A DNA stretch of 57,243 nt from an uncultured Ignavibacteriales bacterium (GCA_964611355.1 CAZSYD010000013.1:1-57243); one strand, 5' to 3'. Shown: positions 9,329-19,845, counted from the first letter of the stretch. Numbers and translations: made by a program. Notes: generated by a model from the sequence alone, not told the origin.

Positions 9329-10732
9329 TTATTTGCCGATACAGAAACTGGAAAAAATCTCATTGAGTATCTCCTCGGTATAGATATTACCGGTGATTTC
9401 GCCGATTTGATCTGCCGCCTGACGCAATTCAAAGGAAACAATCTCAGGCGGCGCACTGGTCATTTTCTTTATTTTTTTCAGATATGCGAGACAGCGGTCG
9501 ATTTTTATCTTGTGCCGATGTGATGTAACTACCAGCGAATCGGTCAGATCGGCTAAACCCGCCTTTTTATATATTAAAGATAGAAGCCGCTTGATTCCGC
9601 GTCCGGTCTTTGCTGAAATAACGCAAATCTCGAGATCGCTTTCCAGAGCATCCAGCCATTTTTCTATTCGTTTACTTTTTTCGGGCAGAAGGTCAACCTT
9701 GTTCAGGGCGATAATAAGTTGACGATCCTTCGCAGACACTAATTGAGGCGGTTCTTGATATCCGGCTGTCAGGTCGAAAATATAAATTACCAGGTCAGCC
9801 TTATTGATGAGCTGTTGCGAGCCTTTGATACCGGCACGCTCCACCCGGCCGCGGCCTTTACGCAACCCGGCGGTATCAAAGATCTCCACCGGCAGGCCGT
9901 CGATATCAATCCATTCCGACAAGTAATCGCGGGTCGTTCCCGGAATCGAGGTCACCAGGGCCCGATTTCGCCTGACCAGGCGATTGAAAAGGGACGATTT
10001 CCCGGCATTGGGAGGACCAAGAATAACCACCCGGTAACCGTCCCGGATAATCCTGCCGGTCTTGTATCCTTCCGCTAAGTTTTCAAGATCATTAATAATT
10101 ATGTCAATCTCTTTATTGAGGATCGAACGGCCCATTCTGCCGACGGAATCTTCGTCCGGGAAATCGATATCGGCCTCAATTTCTGCTAAAAGACGGACGA
10201 TTTTACTTCTAAGCCCGGTAATATGTTTGCCGTAATTTCCCAGAAGATGTTCCCGCGACAGCCGATACGCCAAACCGGTTTTGGACGATACGATATCAGC
10301 TGCCCCTTCCAGTTTTGTCAGGTCGACGCCGTGATTGAGAAATCTTCGCAGAGAAAACTCACCCGGTTCAGCAGGGCGGCAGTTATATTTTAAGATGTTA
10401 TCCAGTACGGTATTAAGGGAAAACTGTCCGGCGTGGCAATAGATTTCGACCATATCTTCACCGGTAAAACTTTTTGGCGCTGGCATATAGGTCGCCATAA
10501 TTTCATCAAGAATATCACTGTCATTATGACCGGCAATTCTGCCAAAACGGAGAAGATATGGTACGGGATGCGATTTTTTCTTCCGAGGAATAAAGATTTT
10601 TTTTAATATATCAAGCGCGGATGGCCCGGAAATTCGGATAATACCAATTCCGCCCGAGCCAGTCGGGGTGGCGATAGCGGCGATGGTGTCGTTATCGTTT
10701 TTTTTTTCGCCCGCGTCATGTCTTTTCCTCAA
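9329..10732 (-). CDS. mnmE: tRNA modification GTPase MnmE/TrmE
   Basis: DTIAAIATP, IRISG, SFTGED, G1 GPPNAGKSSL, GTTRD, DTAG, NKVD, FCIGK. Start is ambiguous: in-frame TTG at 10732 with GAGGT 8 nt upstream, or an out-of-frame ATG at 10719 (see findings). Confidence 0.95.
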   Translation of the reverse strand: MRKRHDAGEKKNDNDTIAAIATPTGSGGIGIIRISGPSALDILKKIFIPRKKKSHPVPYLLRFGRIAGHNDSDILDEIMATYMPAPKSFTGEDMVEIYCHAGQFSLNTVLDNILKYNCRPAEPGEFSLRRFLNHGVDLTKLEGAADIVSSKTGLAYRLSREHLLGNYGKHITGLRSKIVRLLAEIEADIDFPDEDSVGRMGRSILNKEIDIIINDLENLAEGYKTGRIIRDGYRVVILGPPNAGKSSLFNRLVRRNRALVTSIPGTTRDYLSEWIDIDGLPVEIFDTAGLRKGRGRVERAGIKGSQQLINKADLVIYIFDLTAGYQEPPQLVSAKDRQLIIALNKVDLLPEKSKRIEKWLDALESDLEICVISAKTGRGIKRLLSLIYKKAGLADLTDSLVVTSHRHKIKIDRCLAYLKKIKKMTSAPPEIVSFELRQAADQIGEITGNIYTEEILNEIFSSFCIGK

Positions 10733-12404
10733 TAACTTTGACCTCGGCCTGCTGCCTGCGAACCAGCATCGTCTCAAAGAAAGAGATAATCGAAAACGAA
10801 GTCCAGTAAAGCACCAGTCCGGCAGGGAATTTAAAAGATATCCACCCGAAGAAAAGCGGCATGGCATAGACCATCAATTTATTTTTTGGGTCGGTCATGG
10901 TCAGCTTTTGCTGGATAAACATGACGACCACCATAATAATCGGCAGAATATAATAAGGGTCGGGTGTGGACAGGTCTGTAATCCACCCCGCAAAGGACGC
11001 TCCCCGAAATTCAATCGTAGTCCTGAAAACGGTGAAAAGAGCAAAAAATAGCGGCATTTGCGGCAGCATGGGGAGACATCCGGAAAGCGGGTTGGCCCCG
11101 GCTTCTTTGTAAAGCTTCATCATATCCTTGTTAAGCTTGGCCGGATCGTTTTTCAATTTTTCCTGCAACGCCTTCATTTTCGGCTGGAGATCTTTCATTT
11201 TGGCCATGGCGATGTTTTGTTTTCTTGAGAGAGGGTAGGTGATGAGCTTGATCAGAAAAGCGAAGATGATAACCACTATACCGTAATTGGAAATAACACT
11301 GTATATCTTCGGCAAAAGCCATATTATAGCGATCGAAAAAGGCTTGATTATAACCCAGCCCAAAGAGGATAGTTCTTCCAGGCCGATGTTATAACTTTTG
11401 AGAATCTTATATTCGATCGGTCCGACGTAGAGGGTATAGGAATCGCTTACGGCGCCGTAATTCGAGATCGGCATATTGAGGGCTGCTGAAATTTTCCGCA
11501 CGTCAATCGATTTTCCGTTGATCTTGGTTTCTCGCTTCGTCCCTTTGGCGATTATCCCGTCGGCGTCGCGATTGCGGGGGATCATCACGGTCGTAAAATA
11601 CTTCGTCCTAAGTCCCGCCCAGACCGTATAGCCGGGGATGTTTTCGTTCATAACGCCGTTATCAAAATCATCGAAATCCCGATGATCGTCCATCATCGCC
11701 ACAGCTTTATAATAGCCGTAATCGTCTTTCAGGTTTTTTTCAGTCGGCGGCGGCGTTATTCCCCAAACGAGTTGATAAGACCTTTCAAATCCGAAACTTT
11801 CGATTTGCTCAATAGTAAGATTAAATTCGATATCATACCGGTCGGGATTAACTGTGTAGGTTTTAACAATTCTGCCGCCATCGGCGTTATTATAGACGAA
11901 TTCGATTTTTTGCGGTTCGGAACCTGCCGAAAGCTCGAAATCTGTCCTATCGCATTCAAAAGCCAGGCGGTTAGCTATAAATGATCCGCCGGAAGTTTCA
12001 AAATCAGGCACAACTTTGTCAGCATCATCTGCCATAATGACACAACCATTACCGTTATATGTATATTTTTGAAGAATAATTTTTTTTAAGCCGCCGCCAT
12101 AATTGGAAAAGGTCAACTCATAGATCGGAGTGGTAACCGTAAAGGTTCTTTCCGGAATGAGTGAATCGACGGCCTTAATAGAAGCCATTGTCTTGGCGAT
12201 ATCTTCTGATTCGGGCGGCGTTTCTTTCTTCACCGGCATGGTAGTCGGTTGAGTTTCGGTAACAGTCAGGCTGTCTGCGGGGTGTTGGCCGGCAATTTCC
12301 TGTTGGGAAGGCTCTTCGGTAAGCCCAAGGTACTGTGAAATCTGTGTCCAGAAAACCAGGATCAGGACGCAAATAATAATCGCAATGATTGTCTGTTTAT
12401 CCAA
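10716..12404 (-). CDS. yidC: Membrane protein insertase YidC
   Basis: Large periplasmic domain; NYGIVVIIFAFLIKL..PL, LQPKM, NPLSGCLP, FAGWITDLSTPDPYYILP, PAGLVLYW. Confidence 0.97.
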   Translation of the reverse strand: MDKQTIIAIIICVLILVFWTQISQYLGLTEEPSQQEIAGQHPADSLTVTETQPTTMPVKKETPPESEDIAKTMASIKAVDSLIPERTFTVTTPIYELTFSNYGGGLKKIILQKYTYNGNGCVIMADDADKVVPDFETSGGSFIANRLAFECDRTDFELSAGSEPQKIEFVYNNADGGRIVKTYTVNPDRYDIEFNLTIEQIESFGFERSYQLVWGITPPPTEKNLKDDYGYYKAVAMMDDHRDFDDFDNGVMNENIPGYTVWAGLRTKYFTTVMIPRNRDADGIIAKGTKRETKINGKSIDVRKISAALNMPISNYGAVSDSYTLYVGPIEYKILKSYNIGLEELSSLGWVIIKPFSIAIIWLLPKIYSVISNYGIVVIIFAFLIKLITYPLSRKQNIAMAKMKDLQPKMKALQEKLKNDPAKLNKDMMKLYKEAGANPLSGCLPMLPQMPLFFALFTVFRTTIEFRGASFAGWITDLSTPDPYYILPIIMVVVMFIQQKLTMTDPKNKLMVYAMPLFFGWISFKFPAGLVLYWTSFSIISFFETMLVRRQQAEVKVIEEKT

Positions 12405-12420
12405 ACTTACCTCTTATATT

Positions 12421-12687
12421 CTATTTGACCGGATCGTATCCGCCCGGGAAAAACGGGTTGCAGCGAAGTACCCGCTTGATGGTCATAAAGCCGCCTTTCA
12501 GGGCACCGTATTTTTGGATGGCGTCGAGCCCGTACCTTGAGCAGGTGGGATAATAGCGGCAGGAGGCGAACAGGCTGATTACCGGGCTGAGAAAGAGGCG
12601 ATAAAGATATATCAACCCGAGGAAAAGAAAAGCGAGCGGTGAGGGCCGCTTTTTAGTTCCAGCCGAAGTAATTTTCGAAATCGTCAA
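12421..12687 (-). CDS. yidD: Membrane protein insertion efficiency factor YidD
   Basis: [10 protein letters not shown]...YGALKG...[16 protein letters not shown]. Start uncertain (TTG 12687 chosen). Confidence 0.93.
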   Translation of the reverse strand: MTISKITSAGTKKRPSPLAFLFLGLIYLYRLFLSPVISLFASCRYYPTCSRYGLDAIQKYGALKGGFMTIKRVLRCNPFFPGGYDPVK

Positions 12688-13039
12688 GAAAAACTTCCTG
12701 TTTAATATTAATATCTTCGACGCCGGTCGGTTCAACCCGGATGATATAATCATATCCTGTTTCGATCCGGTGCCGATTACTTCTGATTATTTCCCTGAGC
12801 ACCCGTTTTATTCGATTTCTTTTGACGGCGCCGCCGCATCCTTTGGGAACCATCAGGCAAAACCTGTGGATTTTTATTGCATTGCCCGGGTCGTTACCCT
12901 TTGTATTATCCCGTTTGGCCAGGATTTCCGCGCGGTAGAAAACAAGCCGCTTGCCTCTGAAAACGTCACGGCGGGCAAAAACGGCTTTTATATCTTTTGC
13001 TTTTTTCAACCGGCATTCTGCCGGCAACCTGTTTCCCAC
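12653..13039 (-). CDS. rnpA: Ribonuclease P protein component
   Basis: RLKK..DI..VF and the RNR motif [13 protein letters not shown]; located between rpmH and yidD. Confidence 0.88.
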   Translation of the reverse strand: MGNRLPAECRLKKAKDIKAVFARRDVFRGKRLVFYRAEILAKRDNTKGNDPGNAIKIHRFCLMVPKGCGGAVKRNRIKRVLREIIRSNRHRIETGYDYIIRVEPTGVEDINIKQEVFLDDFENYFGWN

Positions 13040-13040
13040 T

Positions 13041-13196
13041 TTATTTCTTGCGGCCTACCTCGGGAGCGAGCCGTTTTCGCGCTTTGGCTCGCCGGCGAGC
13101 CAGGACCCTGCGCCCGCTTTTGGTGGACATCCGCTTGCGAAAACCGTGATCGTTTAATTTCTTGCGGTTCGACGGCTGATATGTTCTTTTTGGCAC
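13041..13196 (-). CDS. rpmH: 50S ribosomal protein L34 (not in ORF track)
   Basis: Translated by hand from GTG 13196: [51 protein letters not shown], 51 aa. Confidence 0.96.
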   Translation of the reverse strand: MPKRTYQPSNRKKLNDHGFRKRMSTKSGRRVLARRRAKARKRLAPEVGRKK

Positions 13197-13444
13197 TTTT
13201 TTTACCTGCTGCTACAATAAATTCCAGAACTCCAATTATAACAAATCCCCCCTGACTGTCAAGGCCAAAAGGCATACCGAAGAATTTGTTGCTTATTCTC
13301 TGCCGATATCTATTCCGGCCAAATTCCGCCTGATTATCATGGTTGACCATGTTCCGGAAAAGAATGGTATGAAGCTATTGACCATAAAAATTAATGGTAT
13401 ATGATTGGCAAAGTGGATATAGAAATGATAAGGAGGGCTTAACC

Positions 13445-14224
13445 ATGCTGCTGGAAATGCAAAAAGGTATCCTGTACGGTCCGATCGATTCGCGGCGGCT
13501 GGGTAAGTCGCTGGGGATAAACCTGTCGCCGTATAAAAATAAACTGTGCTCGTTCAATTGTATCTATTGCCATTACGGCTGGACAAAAAGACATACGCTC
13601 GATCATACGCCGTATATTGATGATCTTCCAAAGGTGGGCGATGTGGCGGCGGCGGTAGAACAGGCGATGAAGTCGCCGCTTGAGTTTGCCTATGTTACTT
13701 TTTCCGGCAACGGCGAGCCGACCCTTCATCCCGACTTTCCGGAAATGGTTGAGAAAGTCGTAAGACTAAGGGATAAATATCGCCCCGAGGCAAAAGTTGC
13801 GCTGCTGTCGAACTCGTCCGGGTTGCTCTATGATGGCGTGAGGGAGGTTGTCCCTCTCCTCGACCTGCCGGTGTTCAAACTCGACGCCGGTACGGAAGAC
13901 GTATTTAAGATTATAAACAGGCCGGCTGAAGGAATGAGCTTTGAAACTTTGATTGAAAAACTTACTTCAATCAAAGATATATATATTCAGACGGTGATGA
14001 TTGACGGTGAACCCTGCAACATTAGTGAGACAGAATTAACTGCCTGGTTCGGTTATCTTGAGCGGATCAGGCCGGTCGAAGTTCACATTTATTCGATAGA
14101 CCGCCCGGTGCCGGGAGAAAATATCAAACTGGTATTGCCGCAAAAACTTGAAGAGATCGCCGAACGCGGGCGGGAAGAAACCGGCGTAACAATACGGGCC
14201 TTTTATCCCGGGAAGAATAGTTGA
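13445..14224 (+). CDS. Radical SAM Fe-S protein
   Basis: YGPIDSRRLGKSLGINL, CxxxCxxC (CSFNCIYC), TFSGNGEPTLHP. AGGAGGG RBS before ATG 13445. Confidence 0.9.
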   Translation: MLLEMQKGILYGPIDSRRLGKSLGINLSPYKNKLCSFNCIYCHYGWTKRHTLDHTPYIDDLPKVGDVAAAVEQAMKSPLEFAYVTFSGNGEPTLHPDFPEMVEKVVRLRDKYRPEAKVALLSNSSGLLYDGVREVVPLLDLPVFKLDAGTEDVFKIINRPAEGMSFETLIEKLTSIKDIYIQTVMIDGEPCNISETELTAWFGYLERIRPVEVHIYSIDRPVPGENIKLVLPQKLEEIAERGREETGVTIRAFYPGKNS

Positions 14225-14271
14225 TATGTCTACGGGTTTCCAATGGCCGTATGGTGACGACCGGGTTGTCT

Positions 14272-15207
14272 CTATAATGTAATTCCGATTGATTCCAGGA
14301 ATTCCCTGTCGTCTTTTTCCGGGCGGGTGTGCCAGCGGTTGTGCATCCAGATCCATTGTTCGGGATAAAATCGAATCAGATTTTCAATGATATTCGTCAT
14401 GCGGCAGGTGATGCGGTAGATATTTTCGCGTGTTCTTTTTCGTGATTCGGGAACAAGCTCCTTGCCCATGATGATCCTGTATTTTCCGCCGGGAAGCGAC
14501 AGGCAGAATATCGGTATGAAGGCCGCGCCCGAGATCAGTCCAAGTTGAGTCGGGCCGGTCGGCGTTTTGGCCGGGCGGCCGAAAAACGGCGTCAGTTCTC
14601 CGCCTACGCGAAACGAATCGGTGTCGATTAAAATGCCGATAACATACCCTTCTTTTAGGTATCGCAAGACCGTTCTTGGTGAAGCGTCCGTTCTGATATT
14701 GACAATCCCCATTGACTGCCGGTTGGAGACGAGCATCTTGTCAAGTCTTTGGTCATATAATTCCCGACCGATTACGGCTGTCTTGTATTTAGATTGTGCG
14801 CAGTAGGCGGCCAGAAGCTCGAAATTGCCGATATGGCCGGTGAAAACAACGATCCCCCTGCCGCGCTTATAAGCATTCCGTAGATTTTCCTCGCCGAGGA
14901 CTTCGATATCAGGCCGGATTTGAGTATGGTAATAGCGCCGGATACGCATTGCTTCGGTTATTGCCCGTCCGAAAGTAATGAAACAGCCGCGCGCGATTTC
15001 TTTTTTTCGCTTGATGGAAAGCTCATCGCCGAAAGCCCTGTCAAGGTTTGTCAGGGTTTTATGCCTTTCCGCTCTATGGGAGAGGTAAGTTGTAAGTCCC
15101 AGCGTTTCTCCCAGAAAGAGGGCCGGTTTCCGCGGCAGGAGATTAAAAAACTTGGAGAGTGATCGGGCGGCGAAATATATGAGGTTGTTTTTCAGGTGCC
15201 CGGCCAC
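14272..15207 (-). CDS. lpxL: Lipid A late acyltransferase (LpxL/HtrB family)
   Basis: GHIGNFEL, FFGRPA.TPTGP, PEQWIWMHNRW; last gene of the kds operon. Confidence 0.88.
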   Translation of the reverse strand: MAGHLKNNLIYFAARSLSKFFNLLPRKPALFLGETLGLTTYLSHRAERHKTLTNLDRAFGDELSIKRKKEIARGCFITFGRAITEAMRIRRYYHTQIRPDIEVLGEENLRNAYKRGRGIVVFTGHIGNFELLAAYCAQSKYKTAVIGRELYDQRLDKMLVSNRQSMGIVNIRTDASPRTVLRYLKEGYVIGILIDTDSFRVGGELTPFFGRPAKTPTGPTQLGLISGAAFIPIFCLSLPGGKYRIIMGKELVPESRKRTRENIYRITCRMTNIIENLIRFYPEQWIWMHNRWHTRPEKDDREFLESIGITL

Positions 15208-15210
15208 GGC

Positions 15211-16170
15211 TCAGACCAGTTTTGATTTGAGCACATCATGCAGATGGATAATGCCGATCGGGCGATGCGCCTGATCGACGGCCACCAGCGATGTTATCTT
15301 ATACTGCTCGCACTGAGCCAGGACCTCATCGAGGATGGCGTCGGGATCGATGGTTTTCGGATTTCGGGTCATAACCTCGGAGATACGGCGATTGAAGAAC
15401 TCCTCGTCCCGTTCCGAGAGGCGGCGCAGATCGCCGTCGGTGAAAATACCCGCCAGTTTGTTTTCCCGGTCAACGACTACGGCGATGCCAAGCCTGCCGC
15501 GTGACATCGTAATGAGGGTGTCCTTTACAGACGTTGATTCGCCAACGATTGGGATTTTTTCGCCGGTGTGCATCAGGTCGGAGACGCGCATCAGAAGCCG
15601 TCGTCCCAGGGTTCCGCCGGGGTGAAGCCGGGCGAAATCCTCCGATGAGAAACCGCGCCGGCGAAAAAGCGCCACGGCCAGGGCGTCGCCCATCACCATT
15701 GCGGCCGTCGAGGAAGCCGTCGGAACCAGGTTATTCGGACAGGCTTCAGCCGGGACGGAGCAGTCGATGACGATATCGGATCGTTCGGCCAGCGATGAAT
15801 CGATTTGACCGGTTAGCAAAATAATCTTAATTCCCAGCCGCTTAAAGACCGGAATCAGTTGATAGAGTTCGGAGGTGTCGCCGGATTTGGAAATAGCCAG
15901 AACGATATCGCGGGTGGTGACGATACCCAGATCGCCGTGAAACGCTTCGGCCGGGTGAAGAAAGAGAGCCAACGTGCCGGTCGAGGAGAACGTGGCGGCG
16001 ATTTTTTTGCCGACGATACCTGATTTCCCCATGCCGGTCACGATTACCCGGCCTGGTGTTTCGAGAATGGTATCAACGGCGGCAACGAAATTTTCGTTAA
16101 GCCGCTCAAGCAGTCCGGCCACCGCCTCGGCTTCTTTTTTGATTACATCTCTGGCTGTTTCAAGTGTCAT
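15211..16170 (-). CDS. kdsD: Arabinose-5-phosphate isomerase (KpsF/GutQ; SIS + CBS)
   Basis: GMGKSG, HPAEAFHGDLG, EACPNNLVPTAS, FARLHPGGTLG, FTDGDLRR. Confidence 0.95.
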   Translation of the reverse strand: MTLETARDVIKKEAEAVAGLLERLNENFVAAVDTILETPGRVIVTGMGKSGIVGKKIAATFSSTGTLALFLHPAEAFHGDLGIVTTRDIVLAISKSGDTSELYQLIPVFKRLGIKIILLTGQIDSSLAERSDIVIDCSVPAEACPNNLVPTASSTAAMVMGDALAVALFRRRGFSSEDFARLHPGGTLGRRLLMRVSDLMHTGEKIPIVGESTSVKDTLITMSRGRLGIAVVVDRENKLAGIFTDGDLRRLSERDEEFFNRRISEVMTRNPKTIDPDAILDEVLAQCEQYKITSLVAVDQAHRPIGIIHLHDVLKSKLV

Positions 16171-16724
16171 TTTCCTGAGAAATCGGCCGGATACAGCCTT
16201 CTCCCTTTGAAATAAAGATCGAGCGCCTCGCGCACGGCGCCGTGCCCGCCTTTTTTATCGGTAACGTAATCGACGATATCTTTCAATTGCGGACAAGCAT
16301 CCCTGACGCAGATTTTTACCCCCGTTTCCCGCATAAGCGGAATGTCGAGAATATCGTTGCCGATAAATGCCGTTTCGGACAAGTTGATTTTGATACCGTG
16401 TTGTTTAACGTATTCTTTCACCAGCCTGGCTTTATTGCCCCGATTCTGGATAACGTGTTTGACGCCGAGGTCTTTCATCCGGCTGGTAGTGGCCGCTGAA
16501 GGCCGATTCGACATGATAATCACTTCCAATCCGGCTCGCATCGCCAGTACCATGTTGAGACCGTCGCCGATATGAAATTGTTTTAATTCAAATCCGTTGG
16601 GGCCGATATAGAGATGGTCATCGGTCAGCACCCCGTCAACGTCGAGAATAATCGCCTTGATTCCGGCCAGCTTTTTCTCCAGCCTGGTTTTGGTAAGGTA
16701 GATTTTCTTTTTACGGTCAGTCAT
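16167..16724 (-). CDS. kdsC: KDO 8-phosphate phosphatase (HAD family)
   Basis: LDVDGVLTD, GND..D and GGHGAVRE motifs. Confidence 0.92.
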   Translation of the reverse strand: MTDRKKKIYLTKTRLEKKLAGIKAIILDVDGVLTDDHLYIGPNGFELKQFHIGDGLNMVLAMRAGLEVIIMSNRPSAATTSRMKDLGVKHVIQNRGNKARLVKEYVKQHGIKINLSETAFIGNDILDIPLMRETGVKICVRDACPQLKDIVDYVTDKKGGHGAVREALDLYFKGRRLYPADFSGK

Positions 16725-16727
16725 AGA

Positions 16728-17680
16728 TCATGATCTCACGATTTTTATAACCTGCTCAAGCAGCGTCGGCATTAGCTTCAAGGGAAGCTGGGAGGCGGCA
16801 TCCGATTTGGCGATCTCCGGTTGAGGATGAGTTTCGATAAATAACCNNNNNNNNNNNNNNNNNNNNNNNNNNNNNNNNNNNNNNNNNNNNNNNNNNNNNN
16901 NNNNNNNNNNNNNNNNNNNNNNNNNNNNNNNNNNNNNNNNNNNNNNGAGGCGGCATCCGATTTGGCGATCTCCGGTTGAGGATGAGTTTCGATAAATAAC
17001 CCGTCGATGCCGACCGCGGCAGCCGCTCTGGCCAGCGGTATGATAAATTCCCTGTCGCCGCCGGAACGATTTCCAAGGCCGCCGGGACGCTGAACCGAAT
17101 GCGTGGCGTCAAATATGATCGGGTAGCCTGACTGTCTCATTATCACCAACGACCGGAAATCAACTACCAGGTTGTTGTATCCGAAAGTTGTTCCCCGCTC
17201 GGTCAGCATGATTTTTTTGCCGTTCAGTCCCGCTCCTTTTTCGGCCGCTTCACACATATTCTCCGGCGACATGAACTGCCCCTTCTTGATGTTGACCCAT
17301 TTGCCGGTGGTGGCCGCCGCTTTTATCAATTCGGTCTGGCGGCAGAGAAAAGCCGGTATCTGTAAAATATCCATATCCCCGACCAGGTCGATTTCAGACG
17401 TTTCGTGAATGTCGGTCAGAAGCGGCAGAGAAAGATCGGTTTTGACTTTACTCAGGATTTCGATGGCTGCTTCATCGCCGATAGTGGCAAACGAGTCGCC
17501 GGAGGTGCGATTGGCTTTGCGGTAAGAAGACTTATAGACCAGCGGCAGATCGAATTTAGCGCAGAGTTTCTTAAGAAAGCCGGCTGTTTCAAGGGTAATG
17601 AATTCGTCTTCAACGACACAGTTGCCGGCAATCAGGAAGAAATTCTTGCCGATACCTATCTGATCAATTAGTTCGCCCAT
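16728..17680 (-). CDS. kdsA: KDO 8-phosphate synthase, interrupted by a spurious scaffold gap
   Basis: KANRTS, QIPAFLCRQT, NIKKGQF, ERGTTFGYNNLVVD, DATHSVQ. Collapsing the 55-bp duplicate flanking the Ns restores ...ETHPQPEIAKSDAASQLPLKLMPTLLEQVIKIVRS* with the stop at 16728. Confidence 0.95.
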
Positions 17681-17744
17681 GCGCAAGTAAATATATGCAG
17701 GCGTTTTGACTTCGGCAAGCGGTTTCGATGATTGATAAAATCGC

Positions 17745-17772
17745 TTGACTTTCCGTATTACAAAGTAATAAT
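17745..17772 (+). promoter_or_regulatory. Sigma70-like promoter containing an inverted-repeat operator
   Basis: TTGACT at 17745-17750 and TAATAAT at 17766-17772, with the palindrome TATTAC-AAA-GTAATA (17756-17770) between and overlapping them. Confidence 0.55.
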
Positions 17773-17808
17773 TGTTGTTTTACCATTCAACTATGGGTTA
17801 AGTCAACT

Positions 17809-18093
17809 ATGAAGAAAACCAAGTCTGAAATCGTTACTTTCAAGGCCGATCCGTCGCTGGCCGAGTCGCTGAACGGAATCGCCAACAAGTCGGCATTTAT
17901 TCGCGCGGCGGTGACGTCCGCCCTGGGGGTATCCTGTCCCCTATGCCAGGGATCAGGTGTACTGACTCCAAACCAGAAAGAGCATTGGGACGACTTTGCC
18001 GCTCACCATAAGGTTGAAGAATGCGACGACTGCCATGAATTGCGCCTGACCTGCTCCTTTGACCGGAAACAGGCCCGGGGCTCAAACCGGTAG
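17809..18093 (+). CDS. Ribbon-helix-helix (CopG-like) regulator with Cys/His-rich C-terminal metal-binding region
   Basis: N-terminal IVTFKADPSLAESL...NKSAFIRAAV (RHH pattern), followed by CPLC...HH...CDDCH...C. Confidence 0.75.
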   Translation: MKKTKSEIVTFKADPSLAESLNGIANKSAFIRAAVTSALGVSCPLCQGSGVLTPNQKEHWDDFAAHHKVEECDDCHELRLTCSFDRKQARGSNR

Positions 18094-18112
18094 AGTTAGG
18101 AAAAACGAGAAA

Positions 18113-19042
18113 ATGCTATTTACGCGAAAAGATATCGCCCTGTCCTGTCTGATAGTCCTGTTGGCTTTTTACGGTATGATGCCGGCATTGAGTCAGGCTG
18201 AGGAAGCGCCAGGATATGGCGGGGTTATCCATGTTTATGTCGGGATTGCGCCGCAGGCGTATTTCGTGGAGCGAATAGCCGGGAATAATACTCTTATTGA
18301 GGTCAGTGTCTTACTTGCGCCGGGGCAGTCGCCCGCTACATATGATCCGACCCCGAAAAATATGGCAGGGTTATCCAAAGCCGATGTTTATTTTCTGACG
18401 GGGCTCCCGTTCGAAAGAAAGCTGATAGAAAAGGTGTCAGGAATGATAAAGGATTTCAACGTCGTTGACACCCGTGAAGGGATTGCTCTGCGTCAGATGG
18501 AAGAGTATTATCACGAACCTGATCCTCATGGTCATCATGGACAAAAAGGCGCTCGCGATCCCCATATTTGGCTCGATCCGCAACTGGTTAAAATTATATC
18601 CCGGAATATCTCCGATGAACTGGGGCGGCTCGATCCCGCTCACGCCGGAGAGTATGAAGGAAACCTTAAGAAGTTTGAAGTCGACTTGGATAAAGTCGAT
18701 TCGACCATAACCGAAATGCTGGCTCCGTATAACGGCTCGTTTTTCTGTGTCTTCCATCCGACCTTCGGCTATTTCGCCGACCGTTACGGGTTGAAGCAGA
18801 TGGCGGTCGAAGCAGCCGGTAAGGAACCGGGCGCGGGGAAAATGGTTGATATGGTTAAGATGGCCAAAAAAGATGGTATCGGGACCATAATCGTGCAGCC
18901 GGAGTTTTCGTCCAAATCGGCTGAGGCAATAGCGCGTGAGATAGGAGGCAAGGTGGTAACGGTTAATCCCCTGGCCCGTGATTATCTTAATAATCTCGTC
19001 TTAATGGCCGAGTCAATTCGTGATGCTCTGGGTGAGAATTAA
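18113..19042 (+). CDS. znuA: Zn/Mn ABC transporter substrate-binding protein (ZnuA/TroA family)
   Basis: Signal peptide, SPATYDPTP, His-rich loop, DPHIWLDP, FHPTFGYFA. Confidence 0.88.
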   Translation: MLFTRKDIALSCLIVLLAFYGMMPALSQAEEAPGYGGVIHVYVGIAPQAYFVERIAGNNTLIEVSVLLAPGQSPATYDPTPKNMAGLSKADVYFLTGLPFERKLIEKVSGMIKDFNVVDTREGIALRQMEEYYHEPDPHGHHGQKGARDPHIWLDPQLVKIISRNISDELGRLDPAHAGEYEGNLKKFEVDLDKVDSTITEMLAPYNGSFFCVFHPTFGYFADRYGLKQMAVEAAGKEPGAGKMVDMVKMAKKDGIGTIIVQPEFSSKSAEAIAREIGGKVVTVNPLARDYLNNLVLMAESIRDALGEN

Positions 19043-19065
19043 GGGTCATAAAGGAAAACAATATC

Positions 19066-19845
19066 ATGCCTGTGAAAAACGACCCTCCTGCGATATTAGT
19101 CCGGGATATGACATTTTCATACAATAGTGAAATCGTGCTGGAAGACGTCAACTTTAGCGTCGACGAACGCGATTACGTTACGGTCGTCGGTCCCAACGGC
19201 GGCGGCAAGACAACTCTTTTGAAGTTGATTCTGGGCTTGCTCAAACCGGATAAAGGCGAGATCAAGGTTTTCGGTATATCGCCCAGGCAAGCTCGTCCTC
19301 AGATCGGGTATGTGCCTCAGCAGTTCCATTACGATCCAAAATTCCCGGTGCGTGTGATTGACGTGGCCCTTATGGGTTGCCTGAAAGGTTGGTCGGGAAT
19401 TGGCGGGTATAGCGGCATCGACCGTAAGGCGGCTATGGATGCCCTGGATAAAATGGAAATGGCCCCTTTGAGCGGCCGCCGTTTTTCTCAACTATCGGGC
19501 GGGCAGCGCCAGCGGGTTTTGATCGCCCGGGCGCTGGCTTCGAGTCCGCGCCTTATTCTTCTCGATGAACCGACCGCTCATATCGATACCGTTGCGCAAA
19601 GGGAATTGTCTGAATTTTTACGAAAGATAAATAAAGAAGTAACGGTGTTCGTGATTACGCACGATTATACTTTTGTTTCTTCGTTTGTCAAGTCGGTTCT
19701 GTGCGTCAATCGCCGAGTTATGACTCATCCCACCGGCGAAATTCCTGAAGGGATGGAGATCGAGCTTTTCGGCGGCGACGTCTGCTACGTCCGTCACGAC
19801 CATGATATCCGGCGGCATGGAGGTGGGGTGGCGCGCGATGAGTGA
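19066..19845 (+). CDS. znuC: Zn/Mn ABC transporter ATP-binding protein
   Basis: GPNGGGKTT, LSGGQRQR, LLDEPT, TH, CVNR. Confidence 0.9.
   Translation: MPVKNDPPAILVRDMTFSYNSEIVLEDVNFSVDERDYVTVVGPNGGGKTTLLKLILGLLKPDKGEIKVFGISPRQARPQIGYVPQQFHYDPKFPVRVIDVALMGCLKGWSGIGGYSGIDRKAAMDALDKMEMAPLSGRRFSQLSGGQRQRVLIARALASSPRLILLDEPTAHIDTVAQRELSEFLRKINKEVTVFVITHDYTFVSSFVKSVLCVNRRVMTHPTGEIPEGMEIELFGGDVCYVRHDHDIRRHGGGVARDE

Noticed and set aside
13006..13350. 114-aa minus-strand ORF upstream of rnpA
   Set aside because: Wrong frame; the real gene is rpmH at 13041-13196.
16792..17001. Direct repeat suggesting a mobile element inserted in kdsA
   Set aside because: An exact 55-bp flank around a 100-N gap is typical of k-mer assembly overlap; the gene is intact when merged.
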